Shown here: positions 39,760 to 53,402 of the stretch, piece by piece
Layout: the number at the start of each line of letters is the position of its first letter
How positions within the stretch are numbered: position 1 is the first letter of the stretch
Source of the DNA: Octopus vulgaris
Taxonomy: Eukaryota
Assembly (NCBI GenBank): GCA_951406725.2
Contig: OX597819.1
Coordinates: forward strand, 132,432,001 to 132,496,000
Length of the DNA: 64,000 nucleotides
Direction of reading: 5' to 3'
Notes under the pieces: model-generated
Database searches by the model: none
The model's input: only the letters and a program-made list of their open reading frames with translations
What the model was told of the DNA's origin: nothing
Translations under genes and position numbers: made by a program

Positions 39760-42000
39760 AGCGTTCATGAGCGATCACTGGAAGCTAAACAATGGCAAGA
39801 AGTAATCTAGATACTACAAAAGAAACAATTCGAGGACTCTGCAACTTGAAAAGATCTCAAAATTCTGTTTTGAATATTTAAGGAGGAGACGTGAGGTGTA
39901 AGATGTTTGATATGAAAACGATGGATTTGGAGAAAAAAACATGAATGGTTTAGTGAGGATAAACCCATCTTCCTATCTGCAACTTATGGATCGAGAAATC
40001 CTAAAAACTTCAGGTTATGACATACGTGGTACACCTTACGAGGCCTTAAATGCAAAAATATCGCAGCAGAGAAATAAAGACCCAGAAAAATATCCAGTTT
40101 GTCTCCAAAAGCTTATGTGAGAACAATTGTTGATTATTAAAGACATAAACGAAGAGAGTAGAAGAAGACTAGTTCGGGTCTGGTGTGCATCGGCCACCAG
40201 ATGTTTTTTGATAGTCTTCTCCACATATTAATATTGGGTATATGAGCAGTAAATGAAGTAGCGACAGTAATAAATTGATATATTTAACACGTCATAAGAA
40301 AATGGTAGACACTTTTGCAGATGCAGTCAAGAAAGAAGAATATTCCAAGGCAGTTCTCTCACTTTACCTCGTTTAACTGACATGTTTAATGTGAGTGAAG
40401 GCGAATATAAAACTGTAGAAGGACCAACCATCATCTGTTGCAAACGGACGACATAAAGTTATATGCTGCAGTTGATAAATAACTAAAAGCACCGCTACAG
40501 ACAGATTACACAGATTGCAATTGATACAAAATTCAGATTAGGAAATTGTACCAAAGTAATCATGAAGAGAGGAAAATTCATTAAAATCACTGTCTTGTTA
40601 AATAAAGAAACTGAAGTTAGAGAAATAAACCAAACACTTAAGGCATAAAAAGGATATAAAAAACAACCTGAGTGAGTATAACATACAAAAATGAAGAAAG
40701 AAGATTTCAGATGTATTAGATTACTTCTTAAACCAGAGGTAGATGAAAAACAAAGAGAAGATAATAGGTATCAATAATTTAGCTGTAATAATATTCTAAA
40801 CTAGATACTAAATGAATTAGAAAAAATAGAAAGTAAAAAATGACTGTATTAAAAATAAACAATATAAATGGCAGGAAGATAATATTTATGGTGAATATAA
40901 GAAGTTTTATGCAATGAGAAAACTATTATAACGCATCCGCTGTAGAACGAGATAAATGGCTGGTTAAGCATAAAGGCAAAACTAATGGGAATAACTACAA
41001 AGCCCGAACCAAACATTAAAAAAAAGAGAAACAAAAAACTGTTTTCTGTTTTTTGTTTTTGAAAAGCAACAGATACAGAGACTGGTATCGGAATTATGTG
41101 TGATGGAGAAACACTGAGAAAATAACGAAATTGTGAAAAAGTGAATGAAGAATGTGAAGCTAAAAGTATGACAAAAAAAATCTCTCTGGAAAATAGTGAA
41201 AGTGAACGGGGTAGAAATGGAGGAAAGAGGCAGAACAGGGTGGGAAGAAAATGGAGGAAAGAGGCAGAACAGGGTGGGAAGAAAATGGAGGAAAGAGGCA
41301 GAACAGGGTGGGAAGAAAATGGAGGAAAGAGGCAGAACAGGGTGGGAAGAAAATGGAGGAAAGAGGCAGAACAGGGTGGGAAGAAAATGGAGGAAAGAGG
41401 CAGAACAGGGTGGGAAGAAAATGGAGGAAAGAGGCAGAACAGGGTGGGAAGAAAATGCAGGAAAGAGGCAGAACAGGGTGGGAAGAAAATGGAGGAAAGA
41501 GGCAGAACAGGGTGGGAAGAAAATGGAGGAAAGAGGCAGAACAGGGTGGGAAGAAAATGGAGGAAAGAGGCAGAACAGGGTGGGAAGAAAATGGAGGAAA
41601 GAGGCAGAACAGGGTGGGAAGAAAATGGAGGAAAGAGGCAGAACAGGGTGGGAAGAAAATGGAGGAAAGAGGCAGAACAGGGTGGGAAGAAAATGGAGGA
41701 AAGAGGCAGAACAGGGTGGGAAGAAAATGGAGGAAAGAGGCAGAACAGGGTGGGAAGAAAATGGAGGAAAGAGGCAGAACAGGGTGGGAAGAAAATGGAG
41801 GAAAGAGGCAGAACAGGGTGGGAAGAAAATGCAGGAATTGAAACTGAGATTGAAAGATTCTTGATTACAGAATGAAAACCTTCACTTCAGAAATTACCCA
41901 AAAGCTTTGAATTAAGGCGAATAAATAATTGCAAATTATGTAGAAATGAGGAAGAACTAATAAGCTAGATTGACTGTGACTGTCTAGGCTCAGATGAGAA

Positions 42001-42045
<45 letters not shown>

Positions 42046-42445
42046 GGAGACACACTGGAACTTATGTCATTATTAAGAGATATGAAAATGAGGAAAAGCT
42101 TAGGCCACAGGGCAATCACAAATCTGTAATTTTATACAATAAAGAAGTCTTAAGGTTAATCCCAACGGATTTATTTGTTAAACAGCGTCAAAAATTAAAA
42201 TGCTTTCTATTGGAAATATCTGTCGCGACAGAGACTGTGGCATCTCTTATAAAAACAAAATAGAGACATTATCCAAATAAAGAGATCTAGAAGTCGAGAT
42301 AACCAGAATGTGGGTATAAGAATTGGAAACGGTACTAATAACAAGTAGCAAGACAATGATTAAAAGCATAGATAAATATGCAAAGCTTCAGGACCTACAG
42401 ATGGGCCCAGCACACAGATAATAGCAGCACCGGACACGGCGAACA
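39760..42445 (+). mobile_element. Old, decayed R4/Dong-clade LINE (RT to endonuclease) interrupted by a minisatellite and (GA)n
   Basis: RRIFQGSSL (~40340; RGIFQGDSL), HLLQTDDIKLY (~40440; HLLYMDDIKLY), KCFLLEISV..RDLEVEITRMW (42200-42312). Confidence 0.7.
41217..41835. repeat. 34-bp minisatellite, 18 copies (ATGGAGGAAAGAGGCAGAACAGGGTGGGAAGAAA)
   Basis: Directly visible and nearly invariant; one internal G>C variant at ~41458. Confidence 0.97.
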
Positions 42446-42590
42446 TATACAGGGGCTGCAAAAGTAGGGATACAGTTATGAAAAAGAAAAAGAAAACACG
42501 TGCAATACTCATTTATTTTTATAAAAAATTAAACGTTACTATAATAAAAACTGACTAATATCTATGATGTTATTATACCATGGTTATAAA

Positions 42591-42802
42591 GGCGGGGAGC
42601 TGGCAGAAACGTTAGCACGCCGGGTGAAATGCTTTGCGGTATTTCGTCTGCCGTTACGTTCTGAGTTCAAATTCCGCCGAGGTCGACTTTGCCTTTCATC
42701 TCTTCGGGGTCGATAAATAAAGTACCAGTTACGCACTGGGGTTGATGTAATCGACTATCCCCCTCCCCCAGATTTCAAGCCTTGTGCTTGTAATAGAAAG
42801 GA
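42591..42802 (+). mobile_element. SINE family C, near full length
   Basis: GGCGGGGAGCTGGCAGAAACGTTAGC..GAGTTCAAATTCCGCC (A/B boxes) followed by the Nin-like core. Confidence 0.9.
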
Positions 42803-42942
42803 TTGTATCATAGTTATGATAATAAATGCATTATTATGATTGATGAGACTGAAAATATCAAAAATGAAGCTAATTTAATGTGCTAATAATAATTTTAATG
42901 AATTAAGTATTATAACATTGATATGATACTTATTGTATATCT

Positions 42943-43133
42943 ATTTCTTTATTACCCACAAGGGGCTAAACACAGAGGGGACAAACAAGGACAGACATAG
43001 GTATTAAGTCGATTACATCGACCCCAGTGCGTAACTGGTACTTAATTTATCGACCCCGAAAGGATGAAAGGCAAAGTCGACCTCGGCGGAATTTGAACTC
43101 ACAACGTAACGCAGACGAAATACCGCTAAGCAT
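42943..43133 (-). mobile_element. SINE family C variant (CCCACAAGGGGCTAAACACAGAGGGGACAAACAAGGAC tail)
   Basis: The same variant occurs at 35070-35290, 49137-49367 and 51200-51427. Confidence 0.88.
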
Positions 43134-43274
43134 ACTTATTGTATATCGATTTTCGCACCACCCGTGTAATGTAAAGCAGCAATTATAAACACCAAAACGA
43201 AACATTGCACATATGTAAGGGGCACAGAATTGTGTTTTGTGGTGCACAGAAGGTACATCGTAAAAATTAGACTT

Positions 43275-43640
43275 AACAGGAGCACTCAGAGAGCGCAAAC
43301 CTCCACCAAGGCAACACCAACGTCCTCTCAACGATTAGCCGGAAATGATTTTTGAAATGAGAATATCTGAAATAAACTCAACTGCTCTCACAAAAGAGAA
43401 TACTAAAAATGAACACGATCGCTATCTAAAATTAAGTAAAAAACCAGAAAAATAATCCAGAATTCTTACCCGTAACGGATCGATTCCAAAATCTAATCAG
43501 TTTGTGCCAGTCACAAGACCAAACATACCTGAAAGTTTCATCCGAGTCCATCCAGCGGTTCTTGAGATATCTTGTCCATGGACAAACAAACAAACACGAC
43601 TGAAAACAATACCTCTGCCTTCGCTAAGGCGGGGGTAATA
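43275..43640 (+). mobile_element. Helentron-associated (HINE/DINE-1-like) non-autonomous element
   Basis: 5' AACAGGAGCACTCAGAGAGCGCAAACCTCCACCAAGGC, internal AAGTTTCATC..TCTTGAGATATC, (ACAA)n, and 3' hairpin ACCTCTGCCTT cgct AAGGCGGGGGT-AATAA. Confidence 0.7.
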
Positions 43641-43644
43641 ATAA

Positions 43645-44032
43645 CGTTTCAAAATTTTGGCACAAGGCCAGTAATGTTAAGGGACCAGGTAATTGGAATT
43701 CAGAACGTGAAGTGTCAGAAGAAATGCCCCAGGGCGTGGTGTCCGACGCATCTGCGATTCTGCCAGCGCCCCTCCTCTATCAACGACAGGAACGACAGCA
43801 ACAACAACAATATTCCTTTCTACTCCAGGCAGAAGGCCTGGAATCTTGGGGAAGGAGTTAAGTCAGTTACATCGACCCCAGTACTCAACTGGTATTTATT
43901 TCATCGACTCCGAAAGGATGAAAGGCAAAGTCGATCTCAGCAGCATTTGAACACAGAACGTAATGAATGGTAGACGAAAGGCCGCGAAAGTAATTTGCCA
44001 GACGCCATCACGATTTTGCCAGTTGGCCGCCT
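43645..44032 (-). mobile_element. Two family C SINE copies
   Basis: Family motifs recur at 43645-43770 and 43815-44032. Confidence 0.75.
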
Positions 44033-44892
44033 TGACGACGACGATGACAACAACAGTAGTAGTTGTTGTTGTTGCAGTAGCAGGAGCAACAGCAGAGAAA
44101 GACTAGCAGCAGCAGCAGTAGTAGTAGTAGTAGAAGTAGTAGTAGTAGTAGTAGTAGCAGCAGCAGCAGTAATAAGAACAACACCAGTAGATTAGAAATT
44201 CATCGATAACTATTTATCATTTATTGATTTGCTTCAATCGGTTCGATGTCAATAGACGAATCGAACACATTTTATTGAATCGAAAGAAACGGTAAAGAAA
44301 TTTAGTCCTCAGAAAGAGTTGGAGTAGAAATCTGTAAAGCTAAGAGTCTTCCATCCTCTACCGTCTGCTCCAATGAATCCCTTCCAACCAGCATCTGTTT
44401 CTCTCCCCCAAACTCCCAACCTGCTGCTCTCCTTCAATTTCTCAACACACATCCACCATCGCCTTTATCTGCTTCGTACCGCGCATTTCTCATAATATCC
44501 CTTGTTTTCTATGTATCGAAGCCAAAGCCACGAGACCAACAACTGTTCGGCAACGTTGTAGCTGCTTCGATGCATTTCTAGCTGTCAACACCTTTCATGA
44601 TATAACTTCACTATTTTAACAGCTACTTAGGCATCACCTCTTTCTGAAATGTCTACAACAGAGATGCTAGCACTTAGCACAGAATGAATGTGTCACGATT
44701 TCGTTTAAAATCTCACCTGAGACTGCAGCTTTGCTCTCTAGCAGGTCTGCTGTTTATAAGACAGTTGATAGTAGTTAAAGAAGATCAATGAGTTCTGACG
44801 TTTCATGTTTGGAACCTCAAGGTTATGGATTCACAATTACAATGGTAGGCTATCATGGAAACTTATTTAAACTTCAGACTCACGCACGCACG

Positions 44893-44924
<32 letters not shown>

Positions 44925-45434
44925 GCATGGAATTCAATAGAAATGAACATATGCTAAAAAATAGTTAAAAGAGAAACCAATTTCTGAATGTGTGGAATTG
45001 AATAAAAATAATTTTATGGAGCTACACGTACGCGCACATACGCATACGTACAGACAGATACGAATGCATACACTCACGTACACAAGCACATAAATATAAA
45101 GACACTCCTGCACATGCTTGTAACTTGTATTGGAGATGAGCAAAAGTACTCGATACGTGGTGTAGAGTATAGTTATATTTACTTGGCTGAAGCCGAACAC
45201 CCATCTTAAACGTCTCATTTATACACCCATTCAAAGGGCAGTACAGAAGACTGTAAGAATTGTCCCTTTGTCCAAAGAAAGTTCAAGGATTCACCTTCTT
45301 ATTGGCCAAGACACGTGAATCGCTTATAAGGGGCAGCAGCTTTCTCCAGAATGGAAGCAGTATTCATACAAGGAGACAGTTTTCAGAATTAGAAAATCAC
45401 AAAAACTATAATTACTAACAAAAATAAGCAAAAT

Positions 45435-45486
45435 TGATGGTAGCAGCAGCAGCAGCAGTAGCAGCAGCAGCAGCAGTAGCAGCAGC

Positions 45487-45517
<31 letters not shown>

Positions 45518-45519
45518 AT

Positions 45520-45577
<58 letters not shown>

Positions 45578-45590
45578 GTAGTAGTAGTAA
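45435..45590. repeat. Compound trinucleotide array (GCA/GTA/TTA)n
   Basis: Directly visible. Confidence 0.95.
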
Positions 45591-45591
45591 T

Positions 45592-45800
45592 TATGCAGTA
45601 CCAAGCAGTGGCTCTTATGGCATCTGCTCTTATCTGATTGAAAATGCTATCATATTTTGCTTTGGTGTAAAAGATGGGTGACGGCAAATGTTCTGAACAA
45701 TAGCACAGATTTGCTTGCCAGTTGCTTGATCTTGACGAGATGAAGATGTCCCTTGGTGGCTGACGATGTGTGCGTCTCTGATTGCGAACACCACAGCTTG
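45592..45800 (+). mobile_element. Family D repeat, diverged partial copy
   Basis: TACCAAGCAGTGGCTCT.ATGG..CACAGATTTGCTTG.CAGTTG..GGCTGACGATGTGTGC. Confidence 0.75.
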
Positions 45801-48800
45801 TAGTAGACACGGCGTTCCTAACTTACAGGCGATGTTGGAACTTTTTCCGCCTTCATCTCATACATACATACATACATACATACATACATACATACATACA
45901 TACATACTTACATAGATAGATAGCAGGCAGAGAGTATGTATATCAACGGCTTGTCTGTCTCCCCTATCTCTAATGATGAGTGTCACAAGTGCGTCGGAAT
46001 GGATGAGAACGTTGAATACGTCGGTGTTGTGACTAAAGCTAGAATAACAGAAGCTTGGAAGAGAAACAGGAAACATACCAGCAAAAAGCAATGGATGGGT
46101 ACATCTTCCGTAAGCTAGAGGCAACAACAACATTGGCAGGAAGAGTAGCTTCTCCTGGACCTGAGATAGATGCATTACATCCCACTTAGAAGGGTATACC
46201 TTCACTGTCCAGGAACGGGAGATAGTTACTAAATACCCGATAAACAAGAGGGATAAAGATATAACCAATCCTTCACGTTGTGATAAAAAAGTCGACTCTA
46301 TTCTGCCAGTGTGGAAGATATCAGCCACATCATCAGTAGCTGAGGTGAAATGTCTACAAGAACCTACCTGCCCCTGAGACGTGATATAGTTGCAAGGACC
46401 GTTTATAAGGACAGCTCTGACATATACATCAAAGGCATGTCAGAACCAGCAGGAATTCGCGCCTTTAAAAACCTAGGAATTCTCCAATGAAAACATCAAT
46501 TCGGTGCAAATATAACAGACATGATATTGTTCCATGGGACAAGGAACAAAAGACATGCACTGTTGTAGTGGTCAGCTGCCCAGCGGATGTGAATGGACAA
46601 TAAAAAATACAGGAAAAGAGAAGATTTATGGCGAATTAATGTGGAACTTACAGCTCTTATATGGTTAGATACCAACAAATTTCCACAAAAACTAGAAATA
46701 CTCGGTTTTACAGAAAAAAAGCAAAAGAAACTGACCAATCTATTAGCGATTTATAAGACATTTAGCTTTTTTTTCTTCATTAGATTCTGAGTTCGTACCA
46801 CGACAAGTTTACTTTTGTTTTCATTCCCTTGTGGGTCTTAAAGTTAGTTCCTGCAAGGCACCGAATCAATTCATTCTGTGATATTTCTTTTCTAGAAACT
46901 CATATTTAGTAAACCTCTTTGAGGCGTTGGCTAGAATTTCATTATTAGAGACCCCACCCAAACAAGAAACAATCTGTTTCAGTAAAGCAACACAAACACA
47001 ACTGGAACTGTGAGATTCTTTCATTAAAATTCTTTACACGAAGCTTATAAACCATGAAATGTTCTGAAAATTGATCTTGTTATTTTTGTTTTTACTCTAG
47101 ACCAAGAAATTGTGCGAGAAATAATTCTTATAAAAGGACTCAATCCTTGCTCTGTAGAATATGCCAAGATATAAATCTTAGTTTTATTTACTCTGTATTT
47201 ATTTCACACTACTTCAACACTAATATTTATTAACAACGTAATGCTATAACTTAGATACAAATAGCGTTTGATAGAAATACATTATCCGAACAGTTTCCTC
47301 TCCATCTACGTAGCATCGCCATATTGTTGTTCAACTAATTCTCATATTGCGGCAGTAATATTTCGACATTTTATATTGCTAATATTTCCATACTTTCCCA
47401 CAACACTTTACAACAATTCTAAGAATAATAAATTCCAGTTCTTTGCACTTGTTCCATTTAAGAACCTAATTGTTTTTACTTCCCAAACTGTGCCAAATAA
47501 AGAAATTTAGCATGAATTCTTTGCAAATATCATTAATATTTCTGTGAAATGCTTAGCATATTTTCATAGATATCACTATATTTCCCCGGAGAGTGTATCA
47601 ATATCAATGCAAATTTGCAGGAAATAATTACATTTAGATTATTCTTTTCCAGCGTTGTCTTCACTTTTTAAATATGTTATGTCATTCGCTAGAATCATTT
47701 GAATAAAAAGTACTTATTTCACGGAGAAATATTCCACGGCACTGTATTAGTGGTTCTTTGCGATGCATAATTTATAATGCTGTTATTTACTCGGCTCAAT
47801 ATTTCCAGCGAAATATTGAAATTTTCTTCCCCAAGTCATTCCTAATTTCAGATGACAAAAATGATTCTAGTTTTCGAAATCCATTAAGAATATTTTCCTT
47901 TCACAGATCAGGAATCGGTTTCTTTTTTCTGAATGCTTCTTAAACATTATTATGTTTCACTTTCTGAATCTCATATCGGGAATTGAAAAATATCGGCAGA
48001 GAGTAATAATCATTAAATGGGAACTAGTTTAAGCACTCAAATATTTTGTGCTGAGGTTATTTCTATTAACGGCAACTTCCGCAAGAGGCTCTGTCTTCTC
48101 ATTTATGTTGTTAAACCCTTCTAATGACTTTTTAACGTTCTTAAATTTTGATTATTCTTAACACAACCACTTTGTCATTTACTTGGTTTTTTAATCAAAA
48201 GGAATTCTTTGAAGTTGATTTCATTGAAATCGTTTCACATTAAAATTGCCATTCATATCGTCAACATTGAAATGTGGTGACGACTACAATTTCAAAATCC
48301 CAATGCTACTTGCATTAAAATCTTTTCGAATTCTTGTATGGAAGGTCAACGTATCAAAGATTTCAGGTTATTAAAATCATAAAATTCCCTTTGTTTCACA
48401 ATTCCAATGAAGAACGCAGAAAAATCAAATAAGAATTTCATTTCTTTCCGAGCGGAAATCCAGTTTAGAGCCTTGGTGATAGAACATTAAATACAAAAAA
48501 AACAATGTTGCAACCTCTGTCCTTCGAGCAAAGATACTTCAAAATGTGTAATTGTTCTCTCAAGAAACCAGAAATCCATTTCTTTTTAATACTGCTATAG
48601 CAATCAGTTAATAAAAACCATGATATTGTAGAAGAAACAGTTGTGTGCAGAGTATGTCGCAGTGTCCTTGACAATTATAAGTTCAAATCTCACAGAGACT
48701 GTTTCCTTTCATCCAGGGGTTTGATTCGAACGATTATAACCCTCGGTTACATTTGTTAGTCTTGAAAAAAAAAAAAGAAAAAGAATCACCATTAACACAA

Positions 48801-48919
48801 CGCCATGCTTCCTCTCTTCTTGTCTCCCATCAATTCATGATGAGCGCGGAAATTATAAACTCTTTTATTCATGACAGCTGAAGAAATAATAAAATTCAAT
48901 TATACATATCGTTTGTTTT

Positions 48920-49367
48920 TTACTTGTTTCAATCATTAGAGTGCTGCCATGCTGGGGCAACGCATTGGAGAAATTTTAGTCGAACCAATTTACTTTTTAA
49001 GTATTTGATTTTTAAGCCTGGTACTTATTCTATCGGTCTCTTTTGCTGAACCGCTAGGTTACGGGATGTAAACATACCATCATCGGTTGTCAAGCAGTGA
49101 TGGAGGGAAAAGCACAGGCACACAGAGTATATATATATTTCTTTATTGCCCACAAGGGGCTAAACATAGAGGGGACAAACAAGGACAAACAAAGGGATTA
49201 AGTCGATTACATCGTCTCCAGTGCGAAACTGGTACTTTATTTATCGACCCCGAAAGGATGAAAGGCAAAGTCGACCTCGGCGGAATTCGAACTCACAACG
49301 TAACCACAGACGAAATACCACTAAGCATTTCGCCCGGCGCTCTAACGTGTCTGCCAGCTCGCCGCCC
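48920..49367 (-). mobile_element. Adjacent SINE family B 3' part and family C variant copy
   Basis: Matches the respective family motifs. Confidence 0.8.
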
Positions 49368-49621
49368 CATCTATCGACACACGCATACACGGTTTTCGTG
49401 TTCTTATATCTTACTTCATTTACATTTTATATCTTATTATTTCTATTATATTTTTTGTATTATCTCTTATTTTTTATTATTTGAATTTTTAATATAAACA
49501 TGGACCCCATCCAAGTCTTATAAATCACTCTAAGCACGATTTCATTTTCGGATGTAATGTACTGACAACTGAAATTTTTAGCTTCTACAAAAAAGTTTTT
49601 ATACACATACATATACACTCA

Positions 49622-49670
<49 letters not shown>

Positions 49671-49939
49671 AATAATAATTTATACACGTCTCTATATTCC
49701 TAATAATAATCTATTTATATCAATATATTAATGATGATAAAATTTTATATATTAATATATTCATACACTCCTTGCAGACATTATTTTCCCGACTCTGTTA
49801 AATCTGTTCCTATAAATTTTCTAGACGTCTTTCTACCATATTCTAATCAATTTTATAATAAATATCGTATTTTATGCAGTCAATCTTTTGATTTCTAACA
49901 CCTGCCGACGGTTTCATGTTAAACAGGTAAAATAATGTT

Positions 49940-50135
49940 TTCCTATTTAGGCACATTTTGGCGGGTGGGGTTAGCCGATGCTCTTGACTCCTGTTCTTGA
50001 CTGGTAATTTATTTTAACGACTTTGAAAGGATAAAAGAGAAAGCTGGCCTTCGTAGAATTTGAACTCAGAACGTAAAGAGGAAGAAAAAATACCTTAAAG
50101 TAGTGTTTCCAATGTTGTAACGATTCTTCCATCTC
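49940..50135 (-). mobile_element. Diverged SINE family C
   Basis: GAAAGGATAAAAG..GAATTTGAACTCAGAACGTAAAG..TAACGATTCT. Confidence 0.65.
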
Positions 50136-51107
50136 ATTACTCTGAACATGTAAAATAATACCATTTCCTCATTCATCTTGGAATTGGGGGTAAATGCGTA
50201 GCAGTCACCAAAACGCAACATATTTATTTTATTGAAACAAAAACAACCATAAAGCTCAACAGAGTAACTTTAATTAAAAGGTTTCAAGAATTGATTTGGT
50301 CGATCAAATATTCTTTATTGAACTTAACTGCTCTGAGAGATGGTGATGCAGTGAATGACGTGGGGTATACAATTTGAATGAAATTTATTCTTTGTCGTCT
50401 AATCTTTATTCTAATTATTTTATTATATTCACTGAAGTTAATTGTAATTGAATATATTGTTAAAGTGCTACCAGAGTTGCCTGTATTTTATTAAATGATC
50501 TGATTATTATATCTATGCTATGGGAATCTTGAAATAGCAGAGGATGTACAAACAAGGCTAATCTTTTATCTTAGTGTATAATAAATAGCAAGCTTGTTGC
50601 TACTAGTTCAGAACCCGATGTAGTCTTGCACTATCATACACCATTCGGGGTATATCAGAAGACTGTATTCTGAGATATGTTTACAAGAATGCAAATGTCT
50701 CTCAATTTATAATATTCTTCTTCTATTAGAATGTTCCAATACCTGTTTAATGAATCCTACACAATCAATACTTCCACCTGTTCAACACAACATTGCTAAT
50801 TCACAGTATCGAAATACTAACTCATAAATCAGGGAACGTTTGATGGAATGGAAAAAAAATGAAATCTGTTGTTGGGCAGTATCTTATGGAAACGCTTATT
50901 TTGTCGTCCAATTTGCTAATGTTTCCGGTCTGTCAGTTTAACTTTTTATATCTTTTACATTATTATCATCGTTCGTTTGGTCCTTTATATTTTCTAGTTT
51001 ATCAAGAATTCCTTTCACTCGGTTACCATATTGACCCCTCGTGTATCTTGATTCCGTTATTTACTTAAATGCACTTTGAAAAGCTCGATTAGCCCTGTAA
51101 TATATCG

Positions 51108-51570
51108 GTTTTTCAAGTTTTGGCACAAGGCCGGTAATTTCGAGAGAAAGGGAAAGTCAATTATATCGACCCTAGTACACAACTGGTACTTATTTTATCG
51201 GCGAGCTGGCAGAAGCGTTAACACGCCGGGCGAAATGCGTAGCCGTATTTCGTCTGCCGTTACGTTCTAAGTTCAAATTCCGCCGAGGTCGACTTAGCCT
51301 TTTATCCTTTCGGGGTCGATAAATTAAGTACCAGTTACTCACTGGGGTCGATATAATCGACTTAATCCGTCTATCTGTCCTTGTTTGTCTCCCCTGTGTG
51401 TAGCCCTTTGTGGGTAGTAAAGAAATAGGTACTTATTTTATCGACCCCAAAAGGACGAAAGACAAAGTCCACTTCGGTGGAATTTGAACTCAGAACCTTA
51501 AGACAGATGAAATGCTGCTTGTTACTTTGTCCGGCGTGCTAACGATTCTGCCAGCTCTCGCAGCCGCCTT
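51108..51570. mobile_element. Nested SINEs: plus-strand family C variant (~51200-51427) inserted in a minus-strand family C copy
   Basis: GGTACTTATTTTATCG occurs on both sides of the inner copy (51185-51200 and 51428-51443), consistent with a ~15-16 bp target-site duplication. Confidence 0.85.
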
Positions 51571-52169
51571 TAATTCTGCAATCCCCTTACATTTACCAAA
51601 CGCACGATACTTGGTTCTTCAGATAACGGTTCGAATCTTTATAACGTTCTTTGCAAAATTCCTTATATTTTGAATGATTCTTTTCTCCATAAAAACGAGT
51701 GACGAATCACTTTTTTCGATGTAGAATATAAGTATTTGGAATCGAGTTTCTCTACCATTCGAGAAGGAAGCAGAAATTGTGAATAAAACTAAATGTTGTG
51801 GTTTTGAATGACTCAGCAGCCAATGTCATTATATCGTGTGATTGATTTATCGATTTTATTCCATAGAATTGTGAAAACACCATAACCGCCAAATGAAGGA
51901 ACCTCTACAAGGATTTAATGCCATCTCAAGTATTGAAACTCTTGTTTAGCTCCGACTTCAACGGCCCCATAAAAATATTTCCTGTTATTGTTTCTCTTAA
52001 AAACTTACCTTGTTTTACTCATTCCCACACTCATTGCCGTGAGCCAGGGACCATGAACGCATGCACCATCCCTCTCCATCTTTTATTGCCTCACACCATA
52101 ATTGTGCATTCATCCTCCAGAGGTCATCTATTCCCATTTTCATTACTGAGGGTTGGAGTTGGGGTCTCT

Positions 52170-52690
52170 GGATGCATCTGGCTCTCCATCAATTAATTCC
52201 TGCCTCCGACCGTTATTCATCATTCAGAGGTCTTCTGGTCTGTTCTTTGATGTCATCCAGCTTCCGTCTTCTCGGCCTCGTCCTTCCTTGTTGATCATTA
52301 TCTCTTCTTCCAGGATGTGACTACTGCGTTTCTGGGCTCTGACGACATGCCCAAAATATTGCAGCTTCCTCATTCTGACATTTTCCTAAAATACTCTTTC
52401 GATTTCCATTTGCTCAAGTTCTGACTCACTTGTTCGAGAGTCACTCAAATTGATCTTCAAGACTCTTCGGTGGCACGTGTTGTTACAAATGCTTTGATTT
52501 TGGAAGTACCTTTTGCTATTCGGCTCCGCCTTTCACATCCAGACGGTACAACAAGCCAAGCTAGAATTCCAGAAGCTTTAATCTGATCTTCTTCTCAAGA
52601 GCTCCGTCCTTCCACAGTATTTTGCTGCCCTCGAGTTCTGCTCTTATTTCCTGGTCTCCGTCTCCTCATTGCAAATCTTAGATTAAAGTT
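52170..52690 (-). mobile_element. RTE-clade LINE 3' fragment
   Basis: Minus-strand LQYFGHVVRA..GRTRPRRRKLDDIKE motifs typical of the RTE C-terminus. Confidence 0.7.
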
Positions 52691-52798
52691 TAACCCAAAT
52701 TTATTCTTCGGACACTTAATAGTTCTAACTTCAACTCCATCCGAAACGAGCAGATTTCTATGTTTTCTGTAATATTAACAACAGAAATATTTAAGATA

Positions 52799-52799
52799 T

Positions 52800-52863
<64 letters not shown>

Positions 52864-52982
52864 GAGAGAGAGAAAGAGAGGAGAGTGAGAAAGAGAGGAG
52901 AGAGAGAAGAGAGAGGAGAGAGAGAGGAGAGTGAGAGAGAGGAGAGTGAGAGAGAGGAGAGAGAGAGATAGAAAGAGAAAAG
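52799..52982. repeat. (GA)n-rich polypurine tract
   Basis: Directly visible. Confidence 0.95.
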
Positions 52983-53349
52983 AAGCTGAAATAAAATTTA
53001 AATACTTTAAAAAATATAAGGTTACCCTTAGAAGCAATTTACCAAATTTGTAATTGAATAAATAACTTAAATAAGAAATTAAAAAAAAAAAAAAAAAATT
53101 ATTTATTTTGAATAAAAGTTGTATGTTATAATCTTTCCCTTGTTGACTAATTTACAAAACTGAATACACCATTCATTTCAAATGGTCTACATTTCGATAA
53201 AATCATTTATATTTGATGCTATATAAGCTCTTGTAAACTATATGTTTATGTATGTATATAGACATATATACACGCACACATAAATATACATGCATGCATA
53301 CATACATGCATACATACATACATACATACATACATACATACATACATAA

Positions 53350-53395
<46 letters not shown>

Positions 53396-53402
<7 letters not shown>

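Noticed and set aside
41141-41875. Three long ORFs (196-244 aa) or a CRISPR-like array
   Set aside because: These are translations of a stop-free 34-bp tandem repeat; there are no unique spacers and the context is eukaryotic.
47200-48450. MULE-like transposase relic on the minus strand
   Set aside because: Only a vague RTTNTV motif was seen, which is insufficient to call.
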